A DNA stretch of 59,691 nucleotides, the filler included, from Barthelona sp. PAP020 (Eukaryota): the NCBI GenBank assembly GCA_040182905.1. It is 7 parts of 7 records of this genome, joined end to end, with 100 filler letters (N's around TTAATTAATTAA, not from the genome) between each part and the next. Parts side by side here need not be neighbours in the genome. Positions count along the whole stretch, not along the records: positions 17,175 to 25,619 come from JARQWU010000456.1; positions 25,720 to 34,146 come from JARQWU010000457.1; 5 more parts are not named here. The stretch is one strand, 5' to 3'. Shown in pieces: positions 20,894-28,403 of the stretch. Both the position numbers and the translations under genes were made by a program. Under the pieces are notes generated by a model. The model saw only the letters and a list, made by a program, of their open reading frames with translations. It searched no databases and was not told the origin of the DNA. How positions within the stretch are numbered: the stretch's first letter is position 1; each line of letters opens with the position of its first letter.

Positions 20894-23800
20894 AATAATA
20901 TTTATAAATAGCGGTTCGGTCAAATACGCTGAAATTGAATTAGATGGCAATGTTCACTTCATTGGCACTCAAGGAGTAGGAAAAAGCACGCTACTAAGAG
21001 CAATTTTGTTCTTTTACAATGCCGACAAACTGCGTCTTGGTATTCCAAGAGAAAAAAGACGTTTTGACGACTATTATTTTGAGTGGCAAAATTCATACAT
21101 CATTTATGAAGTAATGCGAGATAATATTCCGTATTGTATTCTTGCATATAAACAACACAACAGAGTTGCCTATCGTTTTTTCGATTCAGAATACAAACAA
21201 GAGCTATTTATTGATGAACAAGGAAAAGCGTGCGAAAGCTGGGATGAAATTCGTAAAAACTTTGGAAGAAAAATTCATTTCACAAAACAGATTACAAGTT
21301 ACGATGAGTATCGTAAGATTATCTATGGAGATAAAAAAAGTCTTTCGCCAGAATTCCGAAAATATTCAATTCTGGAAAGCCAACAATTTCAAAATATTCC
21401 GCGTACCATTCAAAATGTCTTGCTAAATACAAAATTAGAAGCTCAATTTATTAAAGAAACCATTATAAAATCGCTTGACGAAGAAGAGATTAAAATCGAT
21501 TTAGCCAACTATTCAAAAAATCACCTTCGAGATTTCGAAATTGAATTAAACGATATTCAAATCTGGTTCAACGAAAACAAACGAGGTCAAATTATAGTCC
21601 GCAAACAAGCCGATTCTGTAATAGAACATTATCGTAGTTTAAATTTCATCAAACAAGACAAATACGAAAACACTGTAAAACTAGCACAGAGAATCAAATC
21701 CATTTCCAATCAAAAACCAATACTTCTTGCAAAATATCAAACAGAAAAGAGCGGTTTGGATGAACTTGATAATCAAATTAAAAAGCTAACACAATTACAT
21801 CTTACCAGAGAGCAAGAGATTATTTCTAAAATCAAAGTTTTAAGTACGAAAATTTCAGAAGCTAACACAAAGCAAAAAGGATACGAGAAACAAGATATTC
21901 AATCAATTATAAAACGTGTTAGCGAGAAGAAAAACTTAGAATCAGAAAGAAACAACAAACAAAAAGAGGTCGATTTATTGACTGCTCAATACGCTGAGTT
22001 AAAGCAAAAATACGAAAGTCTTATTGCAGAGCTTAAAAACCAAAACAATCAATTTGCGAATGCCAGAAATGCTGATAAGAACCAACTAACGACAGCATTC
22101 AACAATAAAAAAGAGGTTTTAGACAAAGAATATAATGCAATTATTGAACAAATTAGGACAAACAATACAGAAAAAGAAGAAACAGCCACCGATAAGATTG
22201 AAAGCATAAAAGAACAGCTGACGGCTCTTCTAGTAAAAGTAGGCGAAACAAAACACAAAACATTCTACAAAACAGAATTAGACACCATTGTCAAGAAAAA
22301 AGGAGATTTAAGCCAATTGAAAACTGATTCTGAAAGAAGTACGTTTCAAGCAAAAAATGAAATTCAAACGCTGAAAAAACAATGGGAATTTGAAGAGAAA
22401 GAATTACAACGACAATACGATATTGACATTGCAAACATAAATTCTAAAATCGCTGACTTAAATAAATCAATCGTTGAAACACAAGATAAGATTGACAGTC
22501 AAAAAGACTCTTTTTATGGTTGGTTAAACCAAAATTACCCACAATGGGAAAACACCATTGGGAAGGTTGTTGATGAAAACACCATTTTATTCAACAAAGA
22601 ACTTCAACCAAAACTTAGCGAAAAGAGCAAATCGTTATATGGTGTTGAAATCAATTTGAATGCTATTGAAAACACGCCAAAAACAATTGAAGATTACAAG
22701 ACTGATATTGTTAAATTAAACGACGACATTAAAAATTGCCATAAACAAAACTCTGCTCGAATAACTGATTTTGAAACGTCTCAGAAAAACTTAAAACAAA
22801 AATTCCGCAATAAGATTAATCCATTGAAGGATATAATTGCTAAAATGGAATATCAAATTAATCAGGCAGAATCAAAATTAATATCACTGACTGTTGAATT
22901 TAATGAGTTAACTCAAAAAGCCGACAATGAAAAGAAACAAGCTTTAGCCGAACTGGATAAACAAATAAACCAAACAACCAATGATAAACTAAATGCCGAA
23001 AAAGAGCTAGAAAAGATTAAAAACGGAATTTCTCGTCAAATTACACTAAAAGAAAACGAAAAACAACGAAAGATAAATGATATAAAAGCCACTCTCGATG
23101 CTGATATTATAAAACTTGAAACTGAAATCCAGTCGCATAACAAAGAAACAGATAAAAGAATAAAAGAAATCAGTCAAAAGCAAAGTGACGAGATGTCTGC
23201 AAAAGGTGCTGATACTAACCGCATCAATGAATTAAATAATCGAATTACGAACATTACAAACGAGTTAGATTATATTGAACAACATCAAACGCTTGTTATT
23301 GAGTTCAATAAAGACGAGCGAGAACTATTTAATAATATTCCTACTTGGAAGAGCCAATTAGCTTCTTCCGAAATTAAGAAAACAAGCTTAATTGATAAAA
23401 ACAAGGAAGAGAAAAACAAACTCCAAGAAAAATGGAACAACCAAAATGCGTTAGCCTCCAAAACTCAACAGCAAATTTCGATTATTGACAACGATTTAAA
23501 AAATTTTGAATCATTTCAAAAATCGGATTTATGGGATGAAGAAACTCTGTTAATCTTTTCCAATGACATAAAAGAGAGTCAAGATGAACAAATAACGGCA
23601 ACAGAATTAATCAATATTATCAGAGATTTACATTACAAGTTAATTGACACGTTCAAATATTTACAAAATGGCATAAATAATTTTGTCGGCAATTTCAACG
23701 AAAAGAATGTATTTGCTTTCAAAACCAAATTTTTGAATGACGAAGAATATCTAAACTTTGCATCAGAACTAAAAGAGTTTATAGAAGAAGACAAAATCAC

Positions 23801-24572
23801 TCAATACGAAAAACGTGTCAATGAACGTTTTGCTCACATCATAGAACAAATAGGTAAAGAAATTGGAGATTTCGTTTCAAAAGAAGCTAAAATTGAAACA
23901 ATTATCCGAAAGATAAATACCGACTTTAAAAGCAAAAATTTTGTCGGAGCTATTGATAGTATGGAAATGCGTGTACAGAGTAGTTCAAACAAAATTGTCA
24001 AACTTCTTTTGGAAATCAAGAACTTTAACGACGAAAATAGTTTAACCTTAGGCGAAGCTAATCTTTTCAGCACTAACGATACAAATAAGAACAATAAGAA
24101 AGCCGTTGAATTATTAAGACATTTGGTTAAAGAGTTAGAACAATACAAAAGCGATGTTTTATCATTATCGGAATCATTTGACTTACAATTCAGAATTGTT
24201 GAAAATGATAATGATTTAGGTTGGGATGATAAAATATCGAACATTGGTAGCGAAGGAACAGACATTCTTGTAAAAGCAATGATTAACATTTTGCTACTTA
24301 ATGTATTTAAAGAAAGTGCATCCAAAAAATTCAAGGATTTCAAGCTACACTGTATGATGGACGAAATCGGGAGGTTACACCCAAGCAATGTCAAAGGTAT
24401 TTTAAAATTTGCCAACGACCGTAACATACTGCTAATCAATAGCTCTCCAACAAGTTATAACGCAACAGATTATCGTTACACCTATCTTTTAACAAATAGA
24501 AAAGACGAGCTTAACAATGGAAAACATATTACACAAATTAGCCGATTGGTAAAAACAAAAGCTCAACCCTAA
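20877..24572 (+). CDS. SMC-family ATPase (JetC/MksB-like)
   Basis: Walker A GTQGVGKS, long coiled coils with a central break, signature-like GSEG, Walker B MMDEIG. Likely ATG at 20877 (MRFLNKIIFINS). Confidence 0.92.
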   Translation: MRFLNKIIFINSGSVKYAEIELDGNVHFIGTQGVGKSTLLRAILFFYNADKLRLGIPREKRRFDDYYFEWQNSYIIYEVMRDNIPYCILAYKQHNRVAYRFFDSEYKQELFIDEQGKACESWDEIRKNFGRKIHFTKQITSYDEYRKIIYGDKKSLSPEFRKYSILESQQFQNIPRTIQNVLLNTKLEAQFIKETIIKSLDEEEIKIDLANYSKNHLRDFEIELNDIQIWFNENKRGQIIVRKQADSVIEHYRSLNFIKQDKYENTVKLAQRIKSISNQKPILLAKYQTEKSGLDELDNQIKKLTQLHLTREQEIISKIKVLSTKISEANTKQKGYEKQDIQSIIKRVSEKKNLESERNNKQKEVDLLTAQYAELKQKYESLIAELKNQNNQFANARNADKNQLTTAFNNKKEVLDKEYNAIIEQIRTNNTEKEETATDKIESIKEQLTALLVKVGETKHKTFYKTELDTIVKKKGDLSQLKTDSERSTFQAKNEIQTLKKQWEFEEKELQRQYDIDIANINSKIADLNKSIVETQDKIDSQKDSFYGWLNQNYPQWENTIGKVVDENTILFNKELQPKLSEKSKSLYGVEINLNAIENTPKTIEDYKTDIVKLNDDIKNCHKQNSARITDFETSQKNLKQKFRNKINPLKDIIAKMEYQINQAESKLISLTVEFNELTQKADNEKKQALAELDKQINQTTNDKLNAEKELEKIKNGISRQITLKENEKQRKINDIKATLDADIIKLETEIQSHNKETDKRIKEISQKQSDEMSAKGADTNRINELNNRITNITNELDYIEQHQTLVIEFNKDERELFNNIPTWKSQLASSEIKKTSLIDKNKEEKNKLQEKWNNQNALASKTQQQISIIDNDLKNFESFQKSDLWDEETLLIFSNDIKESQDEQITATELINIIRDLHYKLIDTFKYLQNGINNFVGNFNEKNVFAFKTKFLNDEEYLNFASELKEFIEEDKITQYEKRVNERFAHIIEQIGKEIGDFVSKEAKIETIIRKINTDFKSKNFVGAIDSMEMRVQSSSNKIVKLLLEIKNFNDENSLTLGEANLFSTNDTNKNNKKAVELLRHLVKELEQYKSDVLSLSESFDLQFRIVENDNDLGWDDKISNIGSEGTDILVKAMINILLLNVFKESASKKFKDFKLHCMMDEIGRLHPSNVKGILKFANDRNILLINSSPTSYNATDYRYTYLLTNRKDELNNGKHITQISRLVKTKAQP

Positions 24573-24577
24573 ATCTA

Positions 24578-25432
24578 ATGAAAAGACCTTTACCTTTAAA
24601 AATAGCAAAAACATTAGTTGAATTGTCAAATGGAGCAACGATTACGGCCAGTTCAGCAAAGCATCCTTTTGTAACTTTATTGATAAAGGAAGGCCTAATC
24701 ATTTCAAAAGGTAAGCATAAAAAAACATTACAACTAAAAAGCAAATCTGAATTAGATGATTTTATTGAAAATCAATTACAAATTAGCAATCTTGAAAACT
24801 ACGTTAAAATATTAGAAGAAGACGTGCAAAATAGATCTGAATTAATTAAGACAACTACTGATTCTAAAACAAAAAAAGTAAGGACTTTTAAAGGCTTTTT
24901 GGCCAATAGCTATTCGCCAATAAATGCGACTTTAAATGGAGAAAACATCTGCATCAATCCACCTCAAGGAAGCTATATGTTCATTTCTGATTTTGAATCA
25001 TTTAAAATTCCTGAGAGCATAACAATTGTTGGTATAGAAAATGCAGAAAACTTCCACAACATAAGACAACAACAATATCTTTTTGAAGACATCACCCCTC
25101 TTTTTATTTCGCGTTATCCTCAAAATCAAAACAACGATTTTATACAATGGATGAAACAAATTCCTAATAACTATTTACATTTTGGAGATTTTGATTTTGC
25201 AGGAATTGGAATTTATCTAAATGAATATAAGAAACATTTAGGCGACAAAGCGCATTTCTATATCCCCAAAAACATTAAAATTGATATAGAAAACAATGGC
25301 AATAGAGAAAGATACAACAAGCAAAATATTAACTTTGAAATTGATTGTATTAACGAAAATGCATTAAAAGAATTAGTCGATATTATAAAAAAATCACAAA
25401 AAGGACTCGATCAAGAATTTTACATCAAATGA
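24578..25432 (+). CDS. Toprim-domain nuclease (JetD/MksG-like)
   Basis: Toprim Glu in IVGIENAENF, DxD in LHFGDFDFAG, terminal GLDQE; starts 5 nt after the SMC stop. Confidence 0.82.
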   Translation: MKRPLPLKIAKTLVELSNGATITASSAKHPFVTLLIKEGLIISKGKHKKTLQLKSKSELDDFIENQLQISNLENYVKILEEDVQNRSELIKTTTDSKTKKVRTFKGFLANSYSPINATLNGENICINPPQGSYMFISDFESFKIPESITIVGIENAENFHNIRQQQYLFEDITPLFISRYPQNQNNDFIQWMKQIPNNYLHFGDFDFAGIGIYLNEYKKHLGDKAHFYIPKNIKIDIENNGNRERYNKQNINFEIDCINENALKELVDIIKKSQKGLDQEFYIK

Positions 25433-25448
25433 AAAGCAAAACAAAAGC

Positions 25449-25551
25449 CATACACATTTGCAATTACTCACGAAGAGTTTATTTCTTGTGTTCGTGAATA
25501 TTTCAAATTTCGCACAAGCTTACGCACAATCAAAAATTGCAAAAGAGTATG
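25449..25551 (+). repeat. Structured hairpin element, right copy
   Basis: CATAC-ACA-TTTGCAATT...AATTGCAAA-AGA-GTATG, with an extra inner stem TCACGAA (25468-74) / TTCGTGA (25491-97). Confidence 0.8.
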
Positions 25552-25563
25552 TCTTGCCAACGA

Positions 25564-25582
25564 ATAAAATGACAACAAAATT
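25564..25582 (-). repeat. Right arm of the perfect 19-bp inverted repeat
   Basis: ATAAAATGACAACAAAATT is the reverse complement of 17259-17277. Confidence 0.85.
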
Positions 25583-25619
25583 AAAAGATAAAAAGACTAA
25601 GCCCAGTTGCTAATCGAGT

Positions 25620-25719
25620 NNNNNNNNNNNNNNNNNNNNNNNNNNNNNNNNNNNNNNNNNNNNTTAATTAATTAANNNNNNNNNNNNNNNNNNNNNNNNN
25701 NNNNNNNNNNNNNNNNNNN
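25620..25719. other. Artificial contig linker
   Basis: N-TTAATTAATTAA-N, 100 bp. Confidence 0.99.
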
Positions 25720-25849
25720 ATCAATAAAAACGTTTAACGAACAAAAAATAAAGCCAAAAGAGAATTTTACATATGGAAAAAAACTGTATCAAAGAACATT
25801 TGATGAAGTAAATGAAAATGACTATGAATATGAATGGAAAATAGAAAAA

Positions 25850-26893
25850 TCAAGTCTTTAATTTTGTTCTTACCCAATCAGGCATATCATTTGTTGACGA
25901 AGGGCTAACAATTTTGGGTTCATTCAACAATATGGAATATTTTTTAGACAATTGATCATTTGACATTTTTTGAGGGGTAGACACAATATCTTTGGTAAAA
26001 CTACTATCGTCTTCAATGTTTTTTGCAAATTCTTCATTTTGTACCTCTGAATAAACTTTCCTTTTTTTTATTTTTGAAGATCCTGGATTTTCGATATATT
26101 CTACAGGTCTATTATCATTATTGGTGAATAAATTCATCAATTCCGAATCTTGTAACATCAACGAAACGTCATGGTCATCAAACAATTCACTATTTTTCTT
26201 ATTGGGTGAAAACTTTTTCTGAGACTCCATTTCATTTTTTATGTACCATAAATTGTGTTGTTCTGAATGTTTTGATTGAAAATTTTTTTGAACTGGGATG
26301 GATGGTATTAATTTAGACTTAAAAAGATTTCTTTGGGGGCCAGAATTTAAAGAACCGAAATTCTTTTGTTTTGAAGAAAATGTGTCACCCATAAATGCAG
26401 GTTTTCCTTTGTTTTGATACTCTCTATTGTTTCTTCCTTTCATTTTGTGCTTATAATCTTGTTTTTCTAAATCTTCTATCTTAGATAGTTTTATTTCAGC
26501 AAGTTGACGACGTAATCGAACATTATCCATTTTTGTTGATTCAAGTTGCTCAGTTAAAGATTCAATTTCTTTTGTTAACTGCAATATTTTAGACTGACTC
26601 GAACGAAAATCAGACGCATATTTTTCTTCCAAGGAACCATATCGGTTTTTAATGTCGTTTTGAGATTTTTTATAATATTGTGTTTCAGCTTTGCATTCAG
26701 TAATGTCATTATGATATTTTTTACATTTTTCTAACAATAAATTGATCTTATTTTCTGTTTTTTGTTTGAATAAATCAAATTCTTCTTTCAAAATGTCATA
26801 TTTCGAGTCTTTTTCTTGAATAATCAAATTAATTTTCGAACGTATTTGCTTTTTTAGTTCGCTTTTTGTTGGTTGAGTTTGATAAATACTCAT
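25850..26893 (-). CDS. Coiled-coil hypothetical protein
   Basis: Likely ATG at 26893 (MSIYQTQPTK); N-terminal heptad-rich region and disordered tail. Confidence 0.7.
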   Translation of the reverse strand: MSIYQTQPTKSELKKQIRSKINLIIQEKDSKYDILKEEFDLFKQKTENKINLLLEKCKKYHNDITECKAETQYYKKSQNDIKNRYGSLEEKYASDFRSSQSKILQLTKEIESLTEQLESTKMDNVRLRRQLAEIKLSKIEDLEKQDYKHKMKGRNNREYQNKGKPAFMGDTFSSKQKNFGSLNSGPQRNLFKSKLIPSIPVQKNFQSKHSEQHNLWYIKNEMESQKKFSPNKKNSELFDDHDVSLMLQDSELMNLFTNNDNRPVEYIENPGSSKIKKRKVYSEVQNEEFAKNIEDDSSFTKDIVSTPQKMSNDQLSKKYSILLNEPKIVSPSSTNDMPDWVRTKLKT

Positions 26894-26951
26894 AACAAAA
26901 AAAATGCAAAAAAAAAAAAAAAAACTGTGAGAAATCATTAAAAAATTTATT

Positions 26952-28310
26952 TCATAAATACATATCATTATCATCATCACTGGAAACATTGGTAAATTCC
27001 ATGAATAGATCTTTTTCGTTTGTGTGATTTTGAAAGAGAGAATAAGGTTTTCTTTCAAAATTTAATGGAAATCCATTCTCTCCCTCAAAAGATTCACTAA
27101 ATGTAAAAGAAAAAGATCTTTGAAAATTTAACTCATCAGCAGCATCAACTAAACTCGATCTAAGGGGTGCATTGTCAGCTTCTAATTCTCTACTATCTGG
27201 AGCCATTAAGTCATACACATTTACAGTTTCATGAACATATTCCTCAAAAGGAAAAGGGTCACTGGTATTGTACTTCCCTTCAATCATAGAATTGATAAGA
27301 GGAACATTCAATAAATCATATGATGAAGGTCTATCTTCAGGTTTTTGATTCATTAACGCGCCAATTAATTCCTCGAGTTGTTGACTCCTTCCAGCATTAT
27401 TTGGCAAGGTAACATTGCCAGATCTAAGTTTTCGCCAAATTCTGCCACTTGAAGGCAATTCAACATTGGCTGCCATTTCAAACATCATAATACCCAAAGA
27501 AAACATATCTGCTGCACTAGACGGTTCTATTCCGAATTCAAGGAGTTCAGGTGCCACATATTTTGGGTCACCATGGTCACTTGCATCTTGAGAAACACGT
27601 GCCAAACCAAAATCTCCAATTATTAGATCACCATCCTCATTTAAAAAAATATTACCAGGTTTCAAATCAAAATGACAAAAATCAGCTCTATGAATATGAT
27701 ACAATCCTAAAAGTATTGATACAAAATAATCCCAAATTCTGTCTTCAAGCAATTTATCTTCTGATAATTTCTGTGCCAAAGTACCGTTTGGACAATATTC
27801 AGATAATAAATATAAGCGTCCATGCTCTTCCCAAGCTAAATATAGTGAACAAATAAAAGGATGCAACCCTAAATGAGCTTGAACTCTAGCTTCATAAATC
27901 TTATTTCTTCTATCTGTCCAGCTTGTGTATGCAGATTTCATTACTTTAATCACATAAAATTGATCATCACTTTTGGATTGAACAAGATAAGCAATTGAAA
28001 AACAACCTTCTCCCAGTATTTTAATAGTCTTAAACGCTCGATCAAAATACGTGCTACCATCTTTCGATAATGCATATTCTGGATCTAAACCGTCAAATAA
28101 AGAAGAGTTTGCAACACAATACGGTTGAACATTAAATAATCTGGGATCATCATTTCTATATCCCGGCGAAACATCTTTAGATGGACTTACAGGTGGTCTA
28201 AGTATAGTCGGCATTGTATGATAAGTCTTCTGGGTCAAATCATCAATGGAATCAAAAACATTGGAATCTGGTCTAACTAATGGTGTGTATGATTGTTGAT
28301 TAAATGGCAT
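26952..28310 (-). CDS. Wee1/Myt1-family CDK-inhibitory kinase (Myt1-like)
   Basis: LGEGCFS, HFDLKPGNIFL, IGDFGL, GDPKYVAPE and ELPSSGRIWRKLRSG are Wee1/Myt1 hallmarks. Confidence 0.9.
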   Translation of the reverse strand: MPFNQQSYTPLVRPDSNVFDSIDDLTQKTYHTMPTILRPPVSPSKDVSPGYRNDDPRLFNVQPYCVANSSLFDGLDPEYALSKDGSTYFDRAFKTIKILGEGCFSIAYLVQSKSDDQFYVIKVMKSAYTSWTDRRNKIYEARVQAHLGLHPFICSLYLAWEEHGRLYLLSEYCPNGTLAQKLSEDKLLEDRIWDYFVSILLGLYHIHRADFCHFDLKPGNIFLNEDGDLIIGDFGLARVSQDASDHGDPKYVAPELLEFGIEPSSAADMFSLGIMMFEMAANVELPSSGRIWRKLRSGNVTLPNNAGRSQQLEELIGALMNQKPEDRPSSYDLLNVPLINSMIEGKYNTSDPFPFEEYVHETVNVYDLMAPDSRELEADNAPLRSSLVDAADELNFQRSFSFTFSESFEGENGFPLNFERKPYSLFQNHTNEKDLFMEFTNVSSDDDNDMYL

Positions 28311-28403
28311 CGATGGTTTTCAATTGATCATCAGACTTGATGACCAAAATAATTTGTGAAAAAAATAATTTAATTTCTTTTACTTCATTACAACCTTCTA
28401 AAT

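Noticed and set aside
23834..24439. 201-aa antisense ORF inside the SMC gene (also antisense ORFs in RPS8, actin and others)
   Set aside because: Shadow ORFs of codon-biased genes, with no motifs or expression signals.
17175..25619. CRISPR array or IS transposase associated with the flanking repeats
   Set aside because: Only two copies of each repeat, no repeat-spacer periodicity, no transposase or integrase ORF, and no target-site duplication next to the 19-bp inverted repeat.
17075..25719. Horizontal transfer of a bacterial defence operon into the protist chromosome
   Set aside because: Both junctions are artificial linkers and the contigs are ordered by length, so adjacency carries no information.
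26952..27058. Overlap between the kinase and the downstream coiled-coil ORF
   Set aside because: Produced by the ORF caller's non-ATG start; the extension runs through a poly-T intergenic tract, and the plausible ATG is at 26893.
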